A stretch of DNA of 64,000 nt from Octopus sinensis (GCF_006345805.1 NC_043013.1:18972001-19036000), one strand, 5' to 3'. Positions 40,311 through 53,664 are shown, counted from the stretch's first letter. A program made the numbers and translations. The notes: generated from the sequence alone by a model not told the origin.

Positions 40311-41030
40311 CTTGTTGAACGTTGGGAAGAAGTTGTAAACAACAAGGGTGAATATATTATTGATTAATTTGTTTATTAAACCTTTTAAAAAATTTGATTC
40401 TAAAAAACGGCGGGAACTTAGTTGCAAACCCAATATATATGTAAATATAAATATATACAGAAAGAATGAGTGTATTCCCACGCAAGAAGAAATATAGAGG
40501 CATTTGTTTTGGGGTTTGAAAATACACCTGAATTTGAAAAACCTGTATTCTTCACGTACTGGACACTTCGCTTTTCACGGTGTTTTTCGAAGGGACCTGT
40601 ATGCGAAGGGGAAAAAAAGAAAACAAGAACTACACGCACATCGACAGAAATTAAAGAAAAAATACTTTTTCTTTAGCTCTCTTCTGTTTTCCTTCCCTCT
40701 CTCGTCCACATATTCAATAAAAGCCCAATATGACGGAACTTTCAATAAAGTACATTTCTTATATTCTTCGCCGAATACATACTTTAATATTATATACCCT
40801 TGTGAAACTCAGTGAATTTCATGTGTTCATTTGATCATTTGATGGTTCAAGCATGTTGTCCGATTTCTTATTTCTAATTTTAAACTCTGTTAAAATGCCA
40901 CTGTTTCAAATGTATTTGTACCATTGATAAACAAAAAAAAATTGTTAATAAATCTATTTAAAAACAACTGCACATTTTTCTAATTCAGGTGCATTTTCAA
41001 ACTTCTAAGTAAATTGTCTTATATATATAT

Positions 41031-41066
<36 letters not shown>

Positions 41067-41087
41067 GACGTAAGCGTGACTTCTGGT

Positions 41088-41228
41088 GAGAAGTTTGCTT
41101 CTCGGTCACGTGATTTCGGGTTTTGTTCCATTGCGTGTCACCTCGGGCATATGTCTTCTACTGTAACCTCGGGCCTACCAAAGTCTTGTGAGTGCATTTG
41201 ATAAATGGAATCTGAAAGAACTCATATA

Positions 41229-41270
<42 letters not shown>

Positions 41271-41490
41271 TGTGTACATGCGAGCGTATTTTCTGCCTCT
41301 CTCCTCCGTCACCGCTTTACAACCGGTATTGGTGTGATTACATCCTCGTAACTTAGTGGTTCGGCAAATAAGATTGATTGAATAGTACCAGTGTTAAGAA
41401 AATAAGTACTGTGATCGATTCGATCCACTATAATCCTACAAAACAGTGCACCAACATGGCCGCAAACAAATAACAGAAACAAGTAAGAGA
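41088..41490 (+). mobile_element. SINE family A, old diverged copy
   Basis: Recognisable head, (TG)n middle and tail catggccgcaaacaaataacagaaacaagtaagag. Confidence 0.7.
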
Positions 41491-41504
41491 TGATATATAT
41501 TCTT

Positions 41505-42403
41505 TTCTACCCTAGGCACAACACCCGAAATTTGGTGGGTAGGGGGCCAGTCGATTAGATCCGAAAGGATGGAAGGCAGAATCGACATCGGCAGAATTTG
41601 AACTGAGAACGTAATGACAGACCTATTTCTTTACTTCCCATAAGGGGCTAAACACAGAGGGGGACAAACAAGGACAGACGAACGGATTAAGTCGATTATA
41701 TCGACCCCAGTGCGTAAGTGGTATATATTTAATTGACCGCAAAGGGATGAAAGGCAAAGTCGACCTCGGTGGAATTTGAACTCAGAACGTAGTGGCAGAC
41801 GAAATAACTTTCTTTACTACCCACAAGGGGCTAAACATAAAGTGGACAAACAAGGACAGACAAAGGGATTAAGTCGATTATATCGACCCCAGTGCGTAAC
41901 TGGTACATATTTAATTGACCGCAAAAGGATGAAAGGCAAAGTTGACCTCGGCGGAATTTGAACTCAGAACGTAGTGGCAGACGAAATAACTTTCTTTACT
42001 ATCCACAAGGGGCTAAACATAAAGTGGACAAACAAGGACAGACAAAGGGATTAAGTCGATTATATCGACCCCAGTGCGTAACTGGTACATATTTAATTGA
42101 CCGCAAAAGGATGAAAGGCAAAGTCAACCTCGGCGGAATTTGAACTCAGAACGTAGTGGCAGACGAAATAACTTTCTTTACTACCCACAAGGGGCTAAAC
42201 ATAAAGTGGACAAACAAGGACAGATAAAGGGATTAAGTCGATTAAATCGACCCCAGTGGGTAACTGGTACTTATTTTATCGACTCCGAAAGTATGAAAGG
42301 CAAAGTCGACCTTGGCGGAATTTGAACTCAGAACGTAACGGCAGACGAAATACGGCTACGCATTTCGCCCGGCGTGCTAACGTTTCTGCCAGCTCGCCGC
42401 CTT
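41505..42403 (-). repeat. Tandem array of SINE family B: one head plus about 5 units with a 182-bp period
   Basis: Near-identical ORF artefacts start at 41776, 41958 and 42140; single head at about 42360-42403. Confidence 0.95.
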
Positions 42404-42686
42404 AAGGGATGATCTATATTACCAGAGGAGTAAAATTGCGAGTTGCTGGCTTTGTGAAACAGCAAAAACACATAGAAACAACTGTAATACATTTCAAAAA
42501 TTTGCAATTTTATTTGGATATTTGTTTCATAATTGATATCTGCCTGCCTTTCAGACTTCAGTGCTATTGGAGCGCGGGGTGCGGTACTCGCCTATTTAAC
42601 AATTGTACACTCACTCACACGTACGCACACACATACACAAACCTACACCACACACGTAACCATACACACACGAACGCACACACGCG

Positions 42687-42730
<44 letters not shown>

Positions 42731-42906
42731 CAGAAAATCGCGCTGTTTTTCTGTGTCATACGCGCTTTCATTTAAGATAATTCACCATGTTAGTTATTGT
42801 TATATTTCTATTTTTCTCCTCCTTCTCTCTTCTCTCTGTCTTTATCAACCTTTCAATTCATTCACACATTAACCGTGTTTTATCTATGTATATATATACC
42901 ACTATG

Positions 42907-42939
<33 letters not shown>

Positions 42940-43404
42940 GTCTATCTGTCTCTCTATAGCTATATTTAGTTGCCTATATAAGCTCATGCAGGAACAATCT
43001 CACTTCATTTTGTTAGCTTCAAATTGAATGAGCTCCACATGTCGATATAGCTCCGATCGAAATAGACAAAGCACTATGTGGGTGTGATAGTGTACGAGTA
43101 TATGTGTGTATGTATGTATGTACGTATATATATGTATGTGTATGTGTGTGTGTGTGTGTGTGCATGTATGAGTATACACATATACACTCACTCACGCTCA
43201 TATACACACACGCAAGCGAACAGAATCACACATACACAAACACACAACAGAATCCGGCTCAATATATAATATGACCACCCCTCATTTAGGATTGGTAAAG
43301 CAAAGAAAACATTTTGATGCAGATGATGAATTGCAGATTTTACAACGATTCTTGTCTCTTCTAGATTAAATGTCATGAAGAATCGTAACAATTGGAATAA
43401 TGCT

Positions 43405-43617
43405 TATTCTTTTATTCTTTTGCTTGTTTCTGTTATTTGACTGCAGCCATGCTGGAGCACCGCCTTTAAACTTCATAGGCCTAGTACTTATTCTCTCGGT
43501 GTCTTTTGCCGGACTGCTAAGTTACGGGGAAGTAAACAAACCAGCATCAGTTGTCAAGAGACGGTAGAGGGGACAAATACAGACACACACACACAAACAC
43601 ACGCAAACACACACACA

Positions 43618-43667
<50 letters not shown>

Positions 43668-43835
43668 TACGACGGGTTATCTTTCAGTTTTCACCTACCA
43701 AATCCACTCACAAGGCTTTGATTAGCCCGAGGCTATAGTAGAAGACACTTGCCCAAAGTGTCACACAGTGGGACTGAACCTTGAACCAATGTGGTTGGGA
43801 AGCAAGCTTCTTACCACACAGCCACTCCTGCGCCT
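43405..43835 (-). mobile_element. SINE family A, full length
   Basis: Matches the family consensus. Confidence 0.85.
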
Positions 43836-44574
43836 ATTATATACAATATGCCTGTACATATGTGTGTCCATGTCTTTATTCTCTTATTCTTTTCTTTTAT
43901 TCTCTTACTAGTTTCAGCCATGGTGAAACACCGCCATTCTGTGTTTTTTCGGTCTCTTTTCGGTACTCGGTTTAGCGATGGAAGGAGTTGTACGAAGATT
44001 CTCTTCTTTGTTCTTCCTGCTGGGATTTGAGAAATTTGTCCAGGTGCTTTTTGAACATTCCCAAATCAACACCTTGCGGATCTCTTAGGATCTTTGGTAG
44101 TATGTTAAGTAGTGGTGGTCCTCTGAAAACCAAACTGTTGCAATATTGGGTTTTATCTGAGGTAAATTAGACGGTTTCTTTGTAAGTATGTAGCACCGTC
44201 CAGTGTGATGGTTGGTATAACTTTTAATCCAAAAAGTTGGGAGCTTGACCTTTCAGGATGTTCCCTACGCATACCTTTCTCATCTTCTCTCCCGAGAGAA
44301 GAGCTTCAGTTCTTGTAGCTTCTCCCATTAACTCATCCGTTTTACCGACTCAATCCGTGTAAGGGCACTGGATTTCCTCAAGTCCTACCATCAAATTGAC
44401 CTAAGGACAAATGCCCTCCATAAGAGTTGCAATGTCTACTTTTCTGGCTCTAAAGGATCTAAAGATGTATAGAACTGCCATTCTGGCAATTTTGCACATG
44501 AAATGTTGCATTACCACTCAAGTGGGTACATATATTTAATACATATACATTTACATATTCATATATATATATAT

Positions 44575-45125
44575 ATGGTGCCACCCTTGTTATCGAGTAT
44601 GGCCATTGCATGAAGCTTAATCAATGTTATTATCGTGCAATGCCTGTGCAAGATTTTTTTTTAAAGTAAGGAAAGGCTGCACACTGAGTTAATCCCACTC
44701 ACTAAGCAACAGCAGCCATAATCCGAAAAGAAGACCATGTCAACATCATCGGTAACCACCGAGCCACAGATTTATGTCGAATTATCCCAGTTACTTGAGT
44801 TACCTTCTCATAGAAGTATGCCCTAATAAAGGCTAGGAGTCCTTCACTCCCAATAGTTTAACCACATGGTCGGGTATTCAGTCCGATTATTTCTATGTCC
44901 CCGCGCATGATACATCCTTAAGACATTTATTGGATGGCCGTTGACTCTCAAGAGTTCCTCCGCCCTTTGACGGGTTTTGTTTTTCATCCCGCAGGGTGTC
45001 CAATAAACACCCTCCTCACTAAGCAAGCTCGGTGGGGTTGCCGGTTTAGTCGCCAACGACCCGACCATGCACCAGGTTGTACTGGGTTACATGTTAGCAG
45101 TAGCACTCGAAAGTGACCTGGCAAT
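44575..45125 (-). mobile_element. Non-coding interspersed retroposon-like element, copy 2
   Basis: Colinear with 35795-36360. Confidence 0.65.
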
Positions 45126-45202
45126 TACATATATATTATATATATATATATATATTATTAAATATAATTGTCAGGTCACTTTCGAGTGCTACTGGTAACA
45201 TG

Positions 45203-45257
<55 letters not shown>

Positions 45258-45352
45258 ATACGTACGTATATCCATATATATGCACAAATATACACATACC
45301 TATATATATGTACATATGTATATATATATATATATATATATGCATGCATATA

Positions 45353-45397
<45 letters not shown>

Positions 45398-45423
45398 GAT
45401 ATATATACATATATATATATATA

Positions 45424-47878
45424 TTTTTCTAGTTTCAGCTCAGAGTTGTGGCCATGCTGATGCACCGCCGTCTTGTGCTACACTGTTATTACGACGAACC
45501 TCGTCTAATATGTGGCACTTGGTGAAGAATGGAGTTTGATATAGCTACTCTCATTTGCACCTCCTGCCGTGAGGTAGGTTCATCTGGGACTCTTGACAGG
45601 AAGATGTCCAGCTTTGACTTAAAAACCGCTACATCCACTTTGTGCAAGTTCCTCAGACTCTTTGGGAGAATATTAAAAAGTGTGGGCCCTTGAAACCCAG
45701 GCTGTTGCAGAAGCTGGTCCTGAAGCGTGATGGCATTGCTGGGATCTTTGGCACAATGCAGTGTCGTACCGTTCTAGCATTGGTGTAGCTTACAATGCCA
45801 AAATTTGGCACAATTCCTTCCAGGATCTTCCAGACATATATTACTGCATACCTCTCCCGTCTTCTCTCCAGGGAGTAGAGTCTTAGCTGTTTCAACCTTT
45901 CCCAGTAGCTGAGCTGTTGCAAAGAGATGATCTTCTTTGTGAATCTTCTCTGGATTGCTTCAAGGTCCGCTGTTAATTTTACACTGGTGGGTGACCATAG
46001 CTGTGAGCAGTAATCCAGGCGACTGAGGACGAATGTCCGCCAAGGACCATCATGGTTTCCTTATCTCTGGTTCTGAATGTTCTTAGGATCCACCCAGCCA
46101 GTCGTCTGCACTTTGTCGCCATCCTGGTAATGTGCACTTGGAAAGAGGTATCATCACTCATGTCGATACCCAGGTCCCTCACAGACTTAGGCTCTGGGAT
46201 TGAAATTCCCTGTGGACCGGTGTATCTTGTAAGTTTAATATTCAGTTTTGGATGCTGGTAGCGCAGGGCCTGGAATTTTTCAGCATTATACTGCATATTA
46301 TTATCCTCAGCCCATCTGTAGATTGAGTCCAACTCCTGCTGCAGGTGTGCAACATCGCTGGGGTTCTGTATTTTCTGCGAGACTTTCGTATCGTCTGCAT
46401 AGCTAGTCAGAGTGGCTATCCGGGCACTTGAGGGCATATCTAAGAGGGCCACTATAAAAAGCAGTGGTCCCAAGACAGTGCCCTGTGGAACACCGCTCAC
46501 TATTTGTGTGTTCATAGAGGTGGCTCCATTAACCACTACTGCCTGACACCTATCTTTCAGGAAGTCATGCAACCACACTCCAAGTTTTCCAGCTGTGCCG
46601 AGGTCACGTAGTTTGTGGCATATCATACCATGATCCACCTTGTCAAAAGCTTTTGCAAAATCAAGGTAGATTATGTCCACATTTGATTTGTTGAGTAACA
46701 GCCTCAACACCCAGTCATAATGCTGTAAGAGCTGGGTCAGTCAGCTCCTACCTGGTCGGAAACCATGCTGGGTATTACTCAGCAAGTTATTTTCCTCAAG
46801 GAATGCGATTAGTTTCTTTCTGACTATCCGTTCCATGACTTTGCTGATGTGTGAAGTCAGAGAGATAGGCCTATAGTTTTTAGCATCTGCTCTACTTCCC
46901 CCTTTATGTATTGGGCATATTATTCCCTCCTTCAGCTTGCTTGGCATTTGCCATTCGCAAGAAAGCTCTGGAAGAGAATCTTGAGGGGTTTTGCCAGGGC
47001 ATGCTTACACGCTTTGAGGAGGATGGCTGGGAAACCGTCTGGACCAGCAGCTGAGTTTGTGTCCACTTCATCTATGGCTTGTAGGACATCTTTTTCGCTA
47101 ATGTCAATACATTCTATTGTAACCGCCTCGCTGGTTATAGGTGAGGCGGCAAAGAAGTCCACTGGTTCGTTCACTTGTCTGTGTTCCAACGGGGTGGTAA
47201 AGACACTTTTGAACTGGTCATTCAGCATCTCACTGATCATAGTTGGACTGTCTGTGAGGGAGCCATCCTTTTGGAGGAGGGGTCCTATCTTGTAGTGCAC
47301 TGAGACGGTTTCTTTCGCGTAATGAAAGAAGGCCTTTGGGTTTGATTGAATGTTTTTTATAACCCAGGCTTCTTTGTCTGCTTTCTCCTTCACATAGGAT
47401 TGTTGCAGCCTTTATTCGATCTCCATCAGTGTTGTTTTTAGGCGGGACGTTTCGCTACTTTTAGGATGTTGGTTGAGACGATTTGCAACCTTCGTCCGTC
47501 GTCTCATGAGGATCTTCCTGTCTCTTGGAATCTTGCTGCTATTTGGTTTGGCCTTGTGCTCTGGGACATATTTCTGGCATACGACTTGCACAGAAGACAT
47601 GAAACATTCTAGTTTCATGTCAATGTCTGGTGTGGAGAGACATTCCGGCCAGTCCTCTCTGAGGATCTCTTTTTGGATCGATTTCCAATCTGCTTTGTGG
47701 AAGTTCAGATTGGAGAGATTTCGGGTGCTTTCTTTAGGCTGTATCTCTCTGGTTACTTTCGGCCCAAACATAGGCAGCTCTATTATGTTGTGATCCGAAA
47801 CTGATGTCGGTGTCATTTTCACATAATGAATGATGTCCATATTGTTCGTGAAGCAGAGATCCAGAATGTTATTCGCCC
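45424..47878 (-). mobile_element. 5'-truncated CR1-type LINE (second subfamily), frameshifted ORF2
   Basis: NILDLCFTN, SDHN, AGPDG, NYRPISLTS, YLDFAKAFDKVDHG, SGVPQGTVLGPLLF, YADD, SLERRRERY; ends at (TA)n at about 47878. Confidence 0.9.
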
Positions 47879-47914
47879 ATACATATATATACATATATAT
47901 ATAAACATATATAC

Positions 47915-47945
<31 letters not shown>

Positions 47946-47948
47946 ATA

Positions 47949-48002
<54 letters not shown>

Positions 48003-48007
<5 letters not shown>

Positions 48008-49140
48008 GGTATGTAGAAAAATACAACATGGACAAGAACGTATAACTCAAGAAGACGATACAATAAACACGGACAGGACATTCGAAACCCTCAGTCTTCA
48101 GTCAAGAACCGGATCATCGTAGTAATTTCGGCTGATTAATCTTGAGATTACTAGATCACGGCCAGCCCTCCAAGAAAAACTAAGCAACGAGCATTAGAAA
48201 AACTAAGCTGGGAGCGTAGATTTCCTGGAAGAAGGATCGAATGCATACGGACACCAGGACAGCAAAAGGGACGAATATAAAAAAACAAAAAAATAATGGA
48301 ATATATATAAATATAAATACTCACATCCATTCACATGCATTCATACGTGTGGGATTTAGGTTGTATTTAGAATTCTGGTAAAATTTGAAGGTATGAAAAA
48401 AGGCAGTGGTTGCATGTATCTTGGGCCCCATTATATTTATTTAGTAGTATTGAACATTTGTGTTTTAATATATGCAATGCCTCTTTTAGGCGTAACTTAG
48501 AAACTGAGCTTTGACCCTGATATGGAAGTCCTGAATCTATTATGGACCATGACTATTTTTGAGATGATATATGTGACTGGCGAGTGGTGTGGACTTACTG
48601 CGTTTCTCATATCTAAAATAATTTGGATGCGCACCGTATCGATGTTTAAAATTCATAGTTGACCCTGTATATGTATGGTTGTAGAATTGTGTAACATGTT
48701 GAGGACGGTGCAATTATAAATTACATTAGACTTTCTGCAACGGGTTTGTAGAGTACAGATGGTCTCAGGGCAGAAGGTACATGGTGGTGCATTGTGGGAT
48801 TATTCTCAGGAATATAGGGGGTAAGACTGTCCAAGGAGTAGTTAGAGATGGGGGTTGATTAGTCTATGTTATTACCATTATTATTACTATTATTATTACT
48901 ATTTCTATCGCAGTATTTATTTATCCTTTCTGTAATAGTGATGGAAGTTGGGGTAGTAGAATTCTGGTTAGTGTTAGTAGAATTGGTTGGGTTTTCGTTG
49001 TGGTCAAAAGCATCGGGTTTGATATGAGAGTAGGCTCGAAACGTAAGATACTTTCTCACCTTCCCGAGCGTCAAAGTAATACGCATATTTGTTGTTTATG
49101 TACCTCTCTTCGTCTTTTGTTTTTCTGTAAATTTAAACCA
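48003..49140 (-). mobile_element. Penelope-like element remnant: GIY-YIG endonuclease with flanking terminal repeats, (TA)n on both sides
   Basis: Minus strand gives CTFCPETIC..CRKSNVIYNCTV (48716-48727 = NVIY), then after a frameshift TYTGSTMNFKHRYGAH...STPLASHI; terminal-repeat-like block in the opposite orientation at about 49010-49140. Confidence 0.75.
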
Positions 49141-49183
49141 TATATATGTATGTGTGCATGTGTGTGTGTATATATGTATATAC

Positions 49184-49223
<40 letters not shown>

Positions 49224-49506
49224 CATATACACACACACAAACATATATATATGTGTGTCTGTGTGTGCGTGTATATATATATGTATATACATATATATAT
49301 ATATATACATGCATACACACACACACACACACACATATATATATGTGTGTGTGTTGTGTGTGTGCGTGCGTGTGTATATATGTATATATATATATATGTA
49401 TATACATATATATATAGTATTCATCTTCATAGGATATTCGATCGAGTACATGTTATTATATACAACGTGTAACATATATATATAATAATATATATATAAA
49501 TAAATA

Positions 49507-49555
<49 letters not shown>

Positions 49556-49559
49556 ATAT

Positions 49560-49595
<36 letters not shown>

Positions 49596-50006
49596 TACAC
49601 GTTGTATATAATAATAACACTTATAAGCTATCATCCTGTTTTGACTAAGCAAAGTAGCCTAATATTGGGGCATATAAGCTCTCGACAGACAAATATGAGT
49701 TTTCCATACACACAAGACTCGATCCCACGCCTCTAGCTGTCGCTCTACAGCTATATTTAGTTACCTATATAAACCCAAGCAATGCACCCTCACTTCACTT
49801 TGTTAGCTTCCAATTGAACGAGCTACACATGTCGATACAGCTCCGACCGAAAAAGATTAAACATGACAAACAATGCACTATATGGGTGTGAAGGTGTATG
49901 AGTATTTGTATGTACGTATGTATGTATGTATGTATGTATGTATGTATGTATGTATGTATGTATGTATGTATGTATGTATGTATGTGTGTGTATATATGTA
50001 TATATA

Positions 50007-50066
<60 letters not shown>

Positions 50067-50284
50067 GCATATACACGTTGATCGCTTATAAGCATAAAGC
50101 TATGAATATAGTTACAAGTTGTCTCACGTCACTGCTTTTACATTTAACGCATGTGTGTGTGTGTGTTTGTATGTGTGTGTGTGTGTATAATTTAAATAAT
50201 CAGAAAACGGAGAACATTTTTTTTATCAACAAACATATTGGATCACATCTGCAGATTATTTTTTAATACAAATCATGACAACCT

Positions 50285-50600
50285 TTCCTACGGCCATTTG
50301 CTCTTGCAATGCCAGTCGGTGCTTACGAAAGAATTTCGAAAATAGTATTCATCTTCACAGGACATTCGATCGAGTACACGGAGCTTCATCAGAGTGAATA
50401 CAAATGCGTGAAATAAAATAAACGAAGGGAAGAGGGAATAGGAAAGAACAGGAACACGTTTATTTTATTTTACGCATTTATATTCACTATAATAAAGCTC
50501 CATGTACCAGATAAAATATCCTATGAAGATGAAGAATATTATTTTCGAAATTCTTTCGTAGGCACCGACTGGTCCTGGAAGCGGAAACGGCCGTAAGAAA
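50285..50600. repeat. Imperfect foldback: ~140-bp inverted arms around a 32-nt purine-rich spacer
   Basis: Arm 50285-50424 versus 50457-50600 (e.g. ccagtcggtgcttacgaaagaatttcgaaaata / tattttcgaaattctttcgtaggcaccgactgg). Confidence 0.85.
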
Positions 50601-50871
50601 TGTTATGTCATGTTTTGTATTAAAAAATAAACTACAGATATGGTCCAGTTTGTTTGTTTATTGATCAAATGTTATCTCCATTTTCTGTTTATCGAAATTT
50701 AATTTCTGATAAACTTATGTTTATTCTGTCGTTACATGCACATGACGAGCATAATGTGCCTGCATATTTATGCCCAGAGATAGCACAGGTAATTGATACC
50801 GATAGTAGATATACGGATATTTTTATCCGTAAGTTGGTTACGACAACCGCTAATTCTGTATCTTAAAGGCG

Positions 50872-50990
50872 ATGCCAACATCATTTGGGCAATACTGATG
50901 GAATATCTTCCGCATCATGCAGATGATGAAGCGCCGACGGCGGTGTTGGAGTGAATAAAGCTTGAGCTTTTCTAGTCGATCTAATAGTCA
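50872..50990 (-). mobile_element. Short CR1 fragment homologous to about 21005-21130
   Basis: gatgccaacatcatttgg...tgatggaatat...ggagtgaata shared. Confidence 0.75.
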
Positions 50991-51089
50991 AGGCACTACT
51001 TTCTGACCTGGTTACCATCACTTTTTACCGGCAGGGGTGGACAGTTTCACTATACAACAATATATATACATATATATATGTGTATATAT

Positions 51090-51156
<67 letters not shown>

Positions 51157-51169
51157 AAATATATATATA

Positions 51170-51922
51170 ATTCATAAATGAGGGCAAAGGAAAAGATTCT
51201 AATGCCAAATATGCCGAAGAATTGGACATATTGTCCATTAACCATATAATTTTTTCGAGTAGCGTGCGTATTGTGAATAAATTATATGGCTAATGGACAA
51301 TATGTCCAATTTTTCGGCATATTTGGCATTACAAATTTTTTCCTTTGCCCTCATTTATGAATTGTTTATAAATTTAACCGTTTAAGGTATTTTTTAATAT
51401 GCTGGCCATTGATAGGATTTTTTTCGAAAGAAATTTTAACCTCATTAGATATAAATTTAAGCGTTCACTTCCGGACTATCTCACTCCGTGAGAGCCTCAG
51501 TTCAAATCGCACGTGTCTCGAATGGGCTGGAGTATTTCTATTTTGGATGTATTTGGGGTACTTAGTTGTGCTCATGACTTAGTGTTTGCTTCTTCCATGG
51601 GTTTGAGTAAGTATCTCATTTATTTCTTTTGCCACATGTATCACTGACGAAGAGAGGGCTCTTAGTAGCTAACTCTGAAATCGGTCCGATATGGTAATAA
51701 TGGAATTTTTTAGAAATGTCTGTCGACCTTTTTTCGAGTTGCGCGCGTATTGTGAAAAAATTATATGGTTAATGAACAATAAGTCCAATTTTTCGGCATA
51801 TTTGGCATTAGAAATTTTTTCCTTTGCCCTCGTTTTGAATTGTTTATAAATTTAACCGTTTAAGGTATTTTTAATATGCTGGCCATTGATAGGATTTTTT
51901 TCGAAGAAATGTTATCCTCATT
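51170..51922. mobile_element. (TA)n-flanked non-autonomous element with a terminal hairpin (51170-51362) and an internal direct duplication (about 51255-51445 / 51730-51922)
   Basis: Direct inspection; same family as 16602-17000. Confidence 0.75.
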
Positions 51923-51931
51923 ATATATATA

Positions 51932-51986
<55 letters not shown>

Positions 51987-51987
51987 A

Positions 51988-52046
<59 letters not shown>

Positions 52047-52047
<1 letters not shown>

Positions 52048-52219
52048 GGAGTGGCTGTGTGGTAATTAGCTTGTTTACCAAGTACATGGTTCCGGGTTCA
52101 GTCCCACTGCGTGGAACCTTGGGCAAGTGTCTTCTACTATAGCCTCGGGCCGACCAAAGCCTTGTGAGTGGATTTGGTTGACGGAAACTGAAATAAGCCC
52201 GTCGTAAATATGTATATAT

Positions 52220-52252
<33 letters not shown>

Positions 52253-52515
52253 ATATATATATATATGTGTGTGTGTGGTGTGTGTGTGGTGTGTGTGTGT
52301 GTGCGTGTATGTTTGTGTTTGTTCCCCTAGCATTGCCTGACAACCGATGCTGGTGTGTTTATGTCCCCGTCACTTAGCGGTTCGGCAAAAGAGACCGATA
52401 GAATAAGTACTGGCCTTACAAAGAACACTTCCCGGGTTTGAGTTGCTCGATTAAAGGCGGTGCTCCAGCATGGCCGCAGTCAAATGACTGAAACAAGTAA
52501 AAGAGTAAAGAGTAA
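52047..52515 (+). mobile_element. SINE family A, full length
   Basis: aggagtggctgtgtgg head, gttcagtcc B-box-like motif, tail ...gactgaaacaagtaaaagagtaaagag. Confidence 0.9.
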
Positions 52516-53664
52516 GAGTATATATAGACATTGGTTCCTTTTGCTTAGCTCTGTTGCAAACATTCCACTCTGTTGCAAAAATTCTAACTTTAAAAGTCTT
52601 TTGAACAGATGTCTACTCGATCAGAATTGGCTTAGTTCTCAACAGATAATCAGGCCCAAATTTGTCACTAAATATATATTGTCGCCGCAACATAACTTGC
52701 TTTTGTACAATTAGTTCCTGCATGTTAGCTTGAGATCAAAATTTTTCAGGTGAAGAATCATTTACCTGGTGCTATGTAGTTGTAGCTATGTGTCTAGTTG
52801 TGTAGGAACCTACACAATCACTTGAAATCCAGGTTTCCACAGCACATCTCTTATAAAGATTAAAAATATAAAGAGAAGAAAAAACGAAAACTAGAACCCT
52901 ACTCTTCCAAGAAATTATAATTTACATCGTAATTCTACTCCTAGACGGTTTACACCACAAACCTTTGAACAGTTGTCAATATGCCATAGTTTCATCGATG
53001 CTGACAAAACATTAATGAAGATAGCCACAGCAACCACTACAAGAAATACAAAAAACAAAAACATCGGCAGCAGAAGTAATGAATGAAGCAGCTATTAAGT
53101 AACAAACTTAAATAATGTAATCTTTACTGCCACTATAAAGAAGGAAAAACCCGTGAATCAGATTTTTAAATGAATGAGCCCAGCGTTCTTGATTATTATG
53201 TTTGATCTATGGAGAATGATCTGGAAGTTAAACAACAATAAAAACATTAACAGCAACAACAGTAACAATAACAGCAATAAAAGACAACGCCCGCAGTTTT
53301 ATTCAAATCTTCAACACTGCACCGAGACACAACTTATGAGAAAGCGAATATTTCCAAAAATACACCATTTTTGTTTTTATTTTCCCGCACATTCTCAGAA
53401 TCGGAAGCCGTGTTATTGTATTTGTTGACTTCAGTGGTGATATGAGAAGTAATGTTGGACTGTCCCTACTAAATCTGGTGCCAGTTAGACTGGTAGCGAT
53501 TCCTCTTTCTTCATAAGAGTGATTAATGGGTGACTGAATGAAGTCTTCGTCCATTAGTATATCTCGATATTTCATTCGTTCTCATGCGTGTCAGACAGTT
53601 ACAGTGACTTAGCAAAAACTTCTGTAATGTCGCAATTGCATGCAATGAGCCTAAATAATCAACT

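Noticed and set aside
41776-42325. Three near-identical 61-aa ORFs (MNSERSGRRNNF...) that look like tandem peptide genes or a CRISPR-like array
   Set aside because: Antisense translation of the 182-bp SINE B unit with a TTG start; no unique spacers, eukaryotic context, no cas genes.
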